Source of the DNA: Paragordius varius | Lineage: Eukaryota > Animalia > Nematomorpha | NCBI GenBank assembly: GCA_964247055.1 | Contig: OZ176052.1 | Span: 9,610,001 to 9,674,000 of the forward strand | Length of the DNA stretch: 64,000 nucleotides | Direction: 5' to 3' | Shown here: in pieces, positions 53,301-64,000 of the stretch | Layout of the letters: every line of letters begins with the position of its first letter | How positions within the stretch are numbered: the first letter of the stretch is position 1 | Position numbers and translations under genes: made by a program | The notes under the pieces: generated by a model | The model's input: the letters and a program-made list of their open reading frames with translations, nothing else | What the model was told of the DNA's origin: nothing | Database searches by the model: none

Positions 53301-56300
53301 CCGATATTAATAATTCATTAGCCTAATTTTGAATATTTAAAATGTATGTTACTAATTGTTTCATCAGCAAACGCATATTTTACTTTTTAAAAATAACCTT
53401 ACCAGTTAATATTGTTTTCATATATTTGAGTAAAATTATAATAGATTTTCTTTTGTGTATATGTTTTTGTGGCCTATTATTTATAAATTATAAAAATAAT
53501 GAGGAGGTTCTATGTATCAAAAAATATAACCGAAATTATATTCATTTGAAGATATAACCTAAACGGTTTTTTTTAAAAAATACATTTAGATATCAAAAAA
53601 AATTGATTTATTGTTAGAAATTTAGAAAAATAAATTTATTATCCACAAACATAGGTTTTTAAATAACTACTATTTAAATAGAAACAAATTGGAAAATAGC
53701 GTAAAAAGAGTAAAATTACTTTGGATATAACACCCTGATCTGGTCCATAGAAGGTTGGAGCAATATCCTGAATCTTATGAATTAATGGTTCACAAACCGA
53801 TTGAAGAGTAGGTACATCTGATAACAGGGCATTTTGTCTTCCCATGAGGTATGTAGGGGGATTATTGATATTATCAAGTTGAACGCATGCATAAACATTC
53901 AAGTATGCATTAATAAGTCGCGTAATAAGTTGATTAGTACTGTTCTTCATTGCTATATGCGGACTTTGATTATAATTATAGTCAAGACTTGATTCGAAAT
54001 CTGCATATTGTGATGAAACATTTGGGCCAAGAGGTGTAAGGGGAGTCTTTGTATTTTTAGTTGTCGAGTTTGTTGACAAAACAATGGAGGAAAATGTTTG
54101 ATTAAAGAAATCATTTTGATCGCCCTATAAGATAACAAATCAATTTAGATAAGATTAATTTTATAATAGAGTAGAGTTGCGCTAGACCAATTCCAAATGG
54201 ATTTGACTGCCGTTTATAAAAACATTCAAAAACTATAAAACTAACTCTGAAATCTTATAACATTTGCATAATAATTGAAATATATCATATCCGAACATAT
54301 TTACACGTTTAATTTTGTTTGGTTTACTTACAAGATATATTAATTAACTGTTTATGACCATAAATGCCTAAATTAAGTGGTCAGGGGGTTATTATTTTAA
54401 TAATTATTAAAAACGCAACTATATTGATGAGGTTTATAGCAGGTCAACTCTATTGATCAGCAGAAATATATATATATATATATTTATTTATATATATATA
54501 TATAGCATTTACAGTTCAAATTCACCCTTAAACAATTCAAATTCACTCTCGAACAATTTAAATTCACCTTAAAATAAATTAATTTTTAACATTATATTTT
54601 AACTATATTTTTTATAATTTAAAAAAATAAAATTAGGTAAATTAATATAATACTGAAAAAATAATAAACTATGCCATAAGTATATACTTCTTTTTGTGGA
54701 TGAGTTATATTAACCCGAAACACATAATTTATTTTTAAGGTGAATTTGAATTGTTCAAGGGTGAATTCAAATTGTTTAAGGGTGAATTAGAATTGTAAAT
54801 GGTATATATATATATATATATATGTTAAACCATATTTAGGGAAATATAATTCTTTTTGTATAAAATACCGTGCTCAATGATTCAATGACGAGTCCTATGT
54901 GATAAGCATATTCATTGGATTTTATGGTGGAGTTTATTTGGGTATTGGTGAAAGAAAGAGGTGGTGTAAGTAAAATGCTATATAAGTGAGCAAGTTCTCT
55001 GCTGATGTTGACTAAACGCACAAATAAATTGGCAAATTTTTGTCCATCCACCGTATTGCTTTCATCTAAATAGCATATGATTAAAATATGTATAACAGCT
55101 AATAGTAAATTCCTATTTACAAAAGATATTATTAGATTTTGAATATTTCAAATATTTACCGTTTGAAATCATTGTTGAATATTCCCTTTTAATGGATGGC
55201 ATAGAAGGTGGGTCGGATACTCTAGAATCGGTATGAGAAATTATATATGTCAATGATTCATTTATTGTAATATAATATCCAAAGATGAGTAAAGTATGGT
55301 AATTGTTACCAATGAAGCTACAAATTTAAATAAACTTATATAATATTGTATTCTTGAAATCCTATTACAATTGGGTTGTTAAAAAAATGTAAATTTTAAA
55401 ACTTTTTATCAATATCTATAATATCAAAACCCACATTAACCTTTTGACTGTATATAAAATAATTTTTTATAAACTAAATACTTGAATCCGTTTAAATTTA
55501 AAAATTAAAGTACACCAAATCATCTATATATAAGGTGACACGAATTTTTATTTTATACTTTCCCTTGTAAAAATTGAATAATTTGTATAAAAATTGTAGA
55601 GGCGTGATGGTATATAGGAAGGGCGCCGGACTCCTACACTGCTTGCCAGAGTTCGAACTCCGAAACTACGCAATTTTTCCATAGTCACTGTCAGCCCTAG
55701 GCAGGAGAGTGTTAAAAGTCTTTACATATCCGGGTACAATTTAAGCCCCTACCATATAAACAAAAAAAGGAAAAAAAGAGACTCTAAATTTTATTTTTTT
55801 TAAAAAAAAATTGTACCTATTGAATGAGCCAACATGACCAGTGGATTCTTGTGACATAAACTCTTGTTTGACATTCGGTGTAGCAGGATAAGATACCATC
55901 CCAGGAGAACGAACAAAACTTTGATGTGGATGATCAAAATCATAATCATTAGTAGTGGTGTTCAAAGTTTGTTCACGATGTTTCAGTATTCCTTTGGGTG
56001 TATTTGTTATGGTTGGAGTCTTTCGAAATCTCATCTCCTGATTTCGATTGGCAAAGGCTAAACTACTGTTAGTAGTTGATTTAGGACTACTTTTATTTGG
56101 GGCACCGGATGCGAAAACTGTGTTTACTAAAAGGGCCCAACCCTCATCACGTCGGTTAAGGCATTGGGATAGGGCATCAAGGCGTTTAGCAAGACATTTC
56201 ATATCGTTTGCATTGTACAATGGTAAGATACGTAATAAAATATTTTTATCAGGGTTCAAAGGCGGACTATTATTATTAAATTGTTGCAATAGGATAGAAC

Positions 56301-59300
56301 GAGGTAAAATACGATATTTCTCCAATTGATCAGGGGTAAGGCCACCTAAAACAGAGCAACAGGCTTCAAATGTAGTGCACAAGGGCATGTTCCACACAGG
56401 TCTATTATGAAAGAAAAAAAAATGAGTTTATGGAAATAATTAGAAAAATTTTTTGTAAATAATTTCCATTTACTTAACTATCCGCCAAAAATATCTCAGA
56501 AACGCTCGCTGTATATTGGTAATAGAAGAGTCCAATTGATTTCGCAGCATATATTGATTCTGTTGGCTATTTAGTATGGTGGATTGGTATGGGTCAGTTT
56601 GATAACTCATATTATTTTGATCCCTAAATCGGCTACGTTTGTTTGGACTAGATTGCGACATATTTTTTGAAAAATCTATTAAAAGAAAATAATTGTTTTT
56701 TAATTTAATAACATATATAAATACAAAAACATTAACAAATCATAAAAAAATTACAAAGGATATAAAATTAAATAATTATGTCACTTTTATAAAAAGGTGT
56801 CGAAGAATATTTAACATTGGTTAAATCAGCTTCTGCATATGTCCTTGATGGGTTGTTTTGTTGGAAATTTGTCTCAACGTTTTCCGTTAATCTGTCATAA
56901 TTTCTACAAAAATTGAAGATCCATTCTTTGATCTGTAATATATATTTATATATATATATATATATATATTTAAATATCTTAATATGAGTAATATTATATC
57001 TAAACCAATTTAAATGTAAAAAAATAAATTTATCATATTTTAAATAATCTTTTTAGGCTTATATAATATCATCTTATGTAATTATGTAGTTTACCAAACA
57101 TTGGTTTTACAAAATTTAGTTAGAATTAAAACACATTTTTTTCTTTTACTAAAGCTTACTTGTTGTTGTCCTGGGCCATTAGAACATAACAGATGTATTG
57201 CAATGCTTAAAGGGAAAGATGTATCCATAGTTTTGACTGATAATGTATTATCATTCATTGAATTTAAATTTGTATGACCATTTGCATAAATAAAATCGTT
57301 GGTGTAAGTATCATTAGTACCTAACCCCCCACCAACCATGGGAGCATAATAGGGAAATGATGTTAAATCAGGTTTCGGTATTGATCCATTTGTGTAATCT
57401 TAAAGCAATAAAGTTAAATTGTTTTTAATATATAAGATGGTCTGTTTTTAATAAAAAGTCCCTGTAAATCAATTTGATCGTACTTATTTTGATGCACTTT
57501 TCTAATTAAAAAACTATAATCTTAATATATAACCGTTAAAAGTTGCATATAACCTTACCAAAAGCCCCCTCCCTAATGAGCTAAAATGAACAACGGTATA
57601 AACTAACTAAATCATACATGTAATATACACAAAACAACTGTTTAAAGTTGTATTTCTTCCTTTTTACAAATTTTTCACGATTAATAAATGGGCCTAATAT
57701 AAACTTACTCCTAATATTAAACGATTAATCATACTAATAAAATCCATTTTTTAATGATGTGGATAAATAGCCTTAAATTCCCATACTTGCGTCATTATAA
57801 GATATTGACTACGGTGTAATATATCGGTATATTATTTCAAAATTGGCCATACAAAAATACCTGTAGGTATATAAGGAGTAAGAGAAGACAAATTTGTAAT
57901 AAGGCTTCGAACTAACAAACTATTGATATCTCCATTGCTGGCAAGCAATGACGTTTTTAAGAACGAGGAAGGATCGGCAATGTTAAACGTTATTAGTTTC
58001 TGTAGATTAAAATGGAAAATATAAAATCCTATTTTATGAGAGCATTAGTAAAGAAATAAAATTGTCAGCCGGTTTGTTGTGCCTCCATACATAAATGTTC
58101 GAAGTATATATTTTTGAATATTTTTTTAAGAGTTATAATTTTTTGGGAGCTGTAACACTTTAATTTTCAATACTTTGCACTGCATATTTGTTATCTTACT
58201 TTAAGATATTTTATCTTTTTTTCACATTTTTTTTAACGTAAATGGTTATCCAAAGATTTTTTACAAAAGTGACAAAAAAACAGATAACTGCAAATTATTG
58301 TATACTAAAATAATTATTTTTTAAATCCTCCAATGAAGAAACAGCTTCTGCCCAAAAAAGTAATGGTTTGAATTCAATCCTGTTATAATTATTTACATAT
58401 CATTTTTCAAGGAGAGCATTTATCTTTATTTATAATTTTAATTATTTAGTCCAAATAAAAATTTACCCTAGGAGTTAAAATAATGAAAGATCGTGAGCGC
58501 TGATATATTTCCTTTTGAGCACGTGACCGATAAAACTGTTTCATAGGTCCATCAAGTGAAATGGCTAAATTTATTTTATATTGCAGAAGTTTGGTAAAAC
58601 TTGGCAAAGTAACCATATTTTGTCCATCAAAAGTTTTACTTTCACCAATAAATGTTTTAATTTTATTTAAAGTTTGTTGCGTAGTATTAGCACTACTATC
58701 AGAAGCATTAAAAGATGGATTTGAGCTATTAATTTGTAACCATAAATTCTTAACAAATTCCTCCACGTAACTATTCATAGTTATAGGTGTTAATTGTGTT
58801 CGTTGAGTTGTAAAGGGCAAATCGCAGGCGTTGTAATCATCAATGCATTCAATAGCCTGGATTTTCCCATCAATTGAAACTTTGGACTAAAATAGATAAA
58901 ATAAAACCTATTTGACGCATTAAATGTAAGTTGTTTGTTTTTAATTCATTTTTATAGTTATTAAACTTTTTGTTTGATAATGCTTACTCGTAAGAAACGA
59001 ACATTAAATATTTGAACATTTACATTCAAATTGTAAGTAAAGGTTTATATAAATCATATAATTTTACCAATTGTTCCATTAAAATAGGTTTGTGAGAGAA
59101 AGCATCTGAATTACTTATCCAAACAGTGTCAAAAAGTTCATTGTCACATGTTAAAAATAATGTGGCACCTATTACAAAGAGTTTTGAATTTTTTTTAATA
59201 TTTAACTTTTATTTAAAAATTAAATTTAATATTAACCATTATCATGCAATCCACCATACACTTCGGCATTAGATGATATTCTTTGGAATGTTGCGCTCAG

Positions 59301-62300
59301 TGACATATTATTTTCTATATAAAATGTATTAAACGCTTAAAATTTAGCCTACAAGATAAGATTATTTATGATTTTACCATTTGCATATTACCACATTATA
59401 TATATATATATATGCATCGCTATAGTATAATCAACAAATAGTTTCTATCTTAAAAGTTTTACATATAAGTAAAAATCTTTATAGAGATAAGTTATTCAAT
59501 TTTTAATATGTTGTAATTAGAACCATAATATGTAATCGCTCCTCAATATAGTTATTATTAAAAATTTGGCATCAGTTAAAAAATAAAATTGATCAAATGT
59601 AAACATCTATGTAAAACAAAATATCAAAATTTCTTAGTTTTCTTAATTTATAGTGAAAAAACTGGTTTTCCATATGTACAAACACAAATTAAAATGCACG
59701 TCCCAAAAATTATGATATTGGCAACAAAAAAACTATACTATTTACTTCCGTTCATAATTTTTATGACTAAAAAAATTTTTTTTATAAGTAATATTAACGA
59801 TAATATTTTTTATTTTTGTTATTAAATATCTCATTTTTTTAACATTTTCGATTATGCTGGATTTACATAACTTATTAAATTAAAACCTTTCTAATCAAAA
59901 TCCCTTCTTGTGTTTTATAGGTACTAATATAAATATTAAAATATATAATAACCATCAAACACCAAATTTGTTTCCATTTAATAAAAATTAAAATGTGATG
60001 ATATGATAAAGAAAAAAAACCTTGCCCAAAAAGTCCCGCGTTCATAATAACGCCATTAGAATTTCCAGTTGCCGCATAACCCGGCGGGAATCGAATATGT
60101 AAAAGTTTGAGCATAAATGGAACACAATCTATCCAAGAATAATTGGTGCTGTTATCATTTTTAATTCCTCCTGTAGGCCCCATTTCTCGATTGGTAAGTA
60201 TAGAATTTTGTCCATTTATTCCATTTACATTATTATAGAAATTGAAGGGCACATTTAATGGGGCTAATATATCATTATCTTCAGCGTAAGCCGTAAAATA
60301 ATAACGAAAACCTATTTAAAAAATCATATATTTATATATAGGAATAATAAACAGTATAATGTAGATGTACCAGTAGATGTTATGGCCATTAAATGTAAAC
60401 TTTTTGAATCCAAGATAGATAGAGGACAAAGTGAAACAATGCGACCAAATTTATCATTTTCTATCAATCTAATAGGAATATAAAATAAAAATATGTTATT
60501 ATTTAATATGGTTTAATCTACAGTAGTCTACACTCATATTGACCCTTCAATTTTTTCTTACAATATATATAAAAATTGGGGAAATATAATTTTATTTGAT
60601 ATTTCATAAGATTGCTTTAGCTCATTCATTATAAGGGCTTCAAAATTCCTATTTGTGGGAAGGTATATTCAACTTGAATATATAGCAAAAATTATCTAAA
60701 AAAACTCTTAAAATTGCATCATGATAAACATAGGTTAATTGATTTATGGGCAGCATTTACGAGGGAAAGCACATTAGAGGGGCCCCTATGTGTACACGGA
60801 AACAATTAACGCTCTTAATGGCAAATTAACCTAATACTATAACTTGAAGATTAAACTAATAAATTTTTGACAAAAATGTAATTTTTAAAACTTAAACAAG
60901 TTTCCATATAACAAACAGGTACTATAAACCTCTAATTAAATTAAATTATTTTTTTAAATTATAAACATAAATATAAAATGTACTTAGTGATAGCCATAGC
61001 CCGACTATGTATTTCATGATGCGGAACTGTGACTATATGTGTCATTTCTGTACCAAAAGCTCCCAAGTAAAAAAGCTACATTTCGATAATAAAAAATAGT
61101 TTATAAATTAATTTGTCACTTTTAATAACTAAAAATAAATAGGAAATCATCTCTGAATATTTAGTAATTGTGTTTATAAAGATCTAAACTAAATTAACCC
61201 CATTTAATGGTACAACCTATTTCAATTAACCAGGGATACTAACTTTTTAAAAACGAATTCCAATGTAACTTTAAAAAATATATACCTGTATACTACCACG
61301 TTCGGAAAGCGTATAAAGAATACCACGAGATTCATCCATAGCTATTTGTATCAACGGATCTAAAAATTTGTTTTAAAATTAAATTTTACTTTAAATTTTC
61401 AAAAATAAAATATAAAAATTAAGCAACTTTATTAATACCTGGCGGGGAAAAAATATTTCTTAGATTTGGAAATATCAAAGAAGACAGCTTTCCTCGCGAA
61501 TGATTAATAAGCCATGCTTTTTTACCCAACCAACTTTTGGTGTACTAAAAAAGGTAAAACATGTAATAAATAATTGAATTGATACATGTCGAAATTCGAT
61601 AATGAAGGCATGGTCAAAACCATCTTTTGTGTTTAAATTATATATAATATACGATAATTAACAATATTATATGTTGTAAAAGTAGCAAAAAACCGATAAT
61701 CCTAGCGACCTAATATCATATTAAAACTTGCTGCAATATGTAATTCTCACTTCTTAAAATATGGAAATTTAGAACACAATTTGACAAAAAAGATTAATGA
61801 AAAAATTTCAAATTATTAGACAAAATTTTTAACAGGTAAAATTTAAACATATAAACTGACCAATATTAATAACGCAATAAAAAATGTATCAATTATAAGT
61901 TTTATTTGTTGATTTTGACTAAAAATAGTTTAACAAAATTATTTCATAATATATCCAATTTTACAAAGTTCGTTGGAAAAAAACCTGATAATACAATTCG
62001 TATAGGGATCCATCTTGGCCGGCCAAGAAAAATCTGTCATAAATGACTGAGTGATATGCATGAGTAAAGATGACACCATCACTGGATATTGTGACAAATG
62101 GTTCAGGTTCAATACAAAACGAATTATTGGGAGCTAAATTTGAATTTGTTTCGTCTTGAGCGTTCGAAAGTTTTAGGAGAACAATATTTTTGTGGGATAT
62201 AAGACAAAGCAGATAATCAAAAGTGATTTCGGTTGTATTAGCTTTAAAATTTAAAATCAATAAAAATTATGTCAGAAATTGTTTAAATAATTAACCATCA

Positions 62301-62773
62301 CAAATAATTTTATACTTTTCGGTTCTATAAGAGCAGCAAATGTTATAGATTCGGTAAATCCATCATAACAAAGAATCTCAGACGAAACATAATTCCAAAG
62401 ATAAAAGGAGCTTCTAGCAATAAAATACGCAGATTTAATTTGTTTGAATAATCCGATTTTTTGCTCTCCTTCATCCACTAATATAGAATTAAAATCTTAT
62501 ACCATTTATCAAATCAATGAGTTCCAAAGGAATGATAGAAGTTTGATAATCTTCGACAAATGAAAATTTAGAAAAAAGATATTTATCCGATAAATCAAGC
62601 ACATAATCATTCTCTACTAAACCACTTATTGAAGGATATGCTAAAATATATTTAAACTTACAAATATTTTTAATTTTTAATAGCCGTGTTAGCTGTTTTT
62701 CATTATCTTCTAAATTTAATCCAACATCTAACAAGAGTTTATTAAAATTTGAAATATTTGGCGAAATAGGCAT
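47360..62773 (-). CDS. NUP155: Nuclear pore complex protein Nup155 (~1,948 aa, 31 exons)
   Basis: Exons: 62662-62773, 62503-62640, 62316-62477, 61985-62241, 61439-61544, 61286-61359, 60984-61075, 60371-60468, 60021-60311, 59068-59168, 58467-58886, 57861-57999, 57160-57398, 56785-56932, 56474-56675, 55817-56401, 55160-55317, 54869-55065, 53720-54124, 53073-53322, 52543-52732, 50978-51176, 50635-50739, 50163-50362, 49531-49702, 49341-49445, 49101-49258, 48604-48737, 48304-48443, 47729-47829, 47360-47528 (5847 nt; every junction GT-AG and phase-consistent). Motifs FYLWNY..YDGFTESI, RFFLAGQDGSLYELYYQ, DPLIQIAMDESRGILYTLSE, LLHIRFPPGY, SKANELL, SDELFSYLFYDWL, RLEYLSKA, EIEDKIDVAQIQ, YFPL match Nup155/Nup170. 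Confidence 0.93.
54503..54804. mobile_element. AATTCACCCTT-repeat MITE inserted in a (TA)n tract, Nup155 intron
   Basis: Arms GCATTTACAGTTCAAATTCACCCTTAAACAATT.. / ..AATTGTTTAAGGGTGAATTAGAATTGTAAATGG; flanked by TA repeats. Confidence 0.75.
55597..55740 (+). mobile_element. tRNA-derived SINE / tRNA pseudogene (Arg-CCT-like loop)
   Basis: A-box-like TGATGGTATATAGG, B-box GAGTTCGAACTCC, loop CTCCTAC, partial acceptor pairing GTAG..CTAC; the stems do not pair properly, so it is not a functional tRNA. Confidence 0.5.
62478..62502 (-). other. 25-nt spliceosomal intron (Nup155 intron 2)
   Basis: GTATAAGATTTTAATTCTATATTAG; removal is required to join two conserved reading frames (retention gives frameshift and stop). 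Confidence 0.85.
62641..62661 (-). other. Candidate 21-nt spliceosomal intron (Nup155 intron 1)
   Basis: GTAAGTTTAAATATATTTTAG; in frame without a stop, but has a consensus donor and acceptor, and removal restores the recalled orthologue spacing LL-x7-P. Confidence 0.65.
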
Positions 62774-63257
62774 GGAATTTCACAAATTTGAAAATGGAAA
62801 AAGTAAACGGCTGTAAAATATATAAAAATAATAGTTTTTTTGTAAATTGTAACCTTATATAGAAATTTGTCATCATCATGAATATATTAATATTAACGTG
62901 CGTAGTTAATATTTTTTTCGAAAAGGTATAATTTTTTTGCGGAATAATTGTTATTTTTTAATCTTATTGAAATACATGGCAGTTTAACCAAATATCTTTT
63001 GGGGCTAAGCAAAAGATGAATTTAAGATTTCGATAACCAAAGGTGTGGTTTTTCTAAGGCGCATGTTTTAAAAATATTTGCTATAAAATATGTAAAAAAA
63101 TTCTCATCTCTTTTGGTTTTGGCCCTTACAGAGCCATATAAGAACGTATTATACCCTTTAGTCGTGGCTCTATATTAGACTATACAAAATTTGAGATAAT
63201 TTTTTGTATAATTGGGCGAAACCTAAAAGCTTCATTCCGGAAAATATCCCTAAAATA

Positions 63258-63513
63258 TACCACTTACAATTGAAATTCACATTTAAACAATTTTAACTCA
63301 CCCTCGAACAATTAAAACACCAGAAATATATTCTTATAACAAAGTTTATTATTTTTCAGTAATATTTTAATTTTAAGCGTAATTTGAAATATAGGTAATT
63401 TTGTATCTTAAAAAACACATAATTTATTTTGGTTTGAATTGTTCGAGGGTAAATTTAATTTGTTCAAGAGTGAATATGAATTGTTTAAGGGTGAATTTGA
63501 ACTTTAAATGGTA
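63258..63513. mobile_element. AATTCACCCTT-repeat MITE ~0.5 kb upstream of the Nup155 ATG
   Basis: TACCACTTACAATTGAAATTCAC.. / ..GTGAATTTGAACTTTAAATGGTA arms. Confidence 0.7.
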
Positions 63514-64000
63514 TATATCACAAACTACAAAAAAACCAAACAATATTTTAAAATATTTAAATTTTTGAATGTGATCTTCAAAAGTCGATTTTTTTATTTT
63601 TCTAAAATGGCTAGATCTTTCAAAATAAACGCAAAAATGCTAAAGTGTTTAAAAATGTTTTAACATATAATAAGAACACTATTTTTAATTTCGATGATGA
63701 AGCAGGTCTCCCCAACACACCGCGGGCTGCATGCGGCCCTTCTAATACTACAGCCCGCGATTTGAATGCAATTTAATTTAGGTAAAAATAAAATTATCAG
63801 ACAAATTTTTGTTTTGGCACAGAACCAGCAAAATTGTTAAAATATTGATTAGCTTAGCCCTTGTATAAGATCTATAAATTATTTGTTAAACATAGATTTT
63901 CAAATGCCGCTAAGTCTGTTGCGTTGAGGCATCTGATTTAAAAATTCCTTTCAAATTTTCGTGAATTTGTAAAAAAAAAATAATTTATATTTAACTAAAA

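Noticed and set aside
57399-57860. Possible extra micro-exons with 15-24 nt introns (GTATGGGAATTTAAG, GTAAGTTTATATTAG)
   Set aside because: Exon 57861-57999 joins 57160-57398 directly in phase 1; no alternative model gave a clean open frame, and such GT..AG pairs are expected by chance in AT-rich DNA.
1-64000. CRISPR arrays, rRNA genes, intact tRNA genes, non-standard genetic code
   Set aside because: None seen; the repeats are TE-derived, and all three genes translate cleanly with the standard code and end in TAA.

Overview
Very AT-rich eukaryotic (metazoan-type) genomic DNA with GT-AG spliceosomal introns; the species is not identifiable from sequence alone. Three protein-coding genes, all on the minus strand, were reconstructed by hand with phase-consistent junctions. 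(1) A PDE4/dunce cAMP phosphodiesterase (3001 to at least 19830), with a long isoform whose first exon was not found and an alternative 221-codon first exon. (2) A Spinster/SPNS1-family MFS transporter (36697-42057, 5 exons). (3) A 31-exon Nup155 nucleoporin (47360-62773, about 1,948 aa). Introns and intergenic DNA carry several MITE families (hAT-, Tc1/mariner- and piggyBac-like), two RTE-type LINE remnants, a tRNA-derived SINE, (TA)n tracts and a head-to-head pair of fossil hAT transposase copies. The most notable signals are: ultra-short introns (21 and 25 nt in Nup155; 24-33 nt in the hAT transposase fossils) coexisting with multi-kb introns; a TSD-flanked, 5'-inverted RTE insertion carrying a PHD finger; and an alternative PDE4 exon that supplies its own PKA-type motif in place of the first half of UCR1. 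Comparisons to orthologues are from recalled family motifs, not from a database search.
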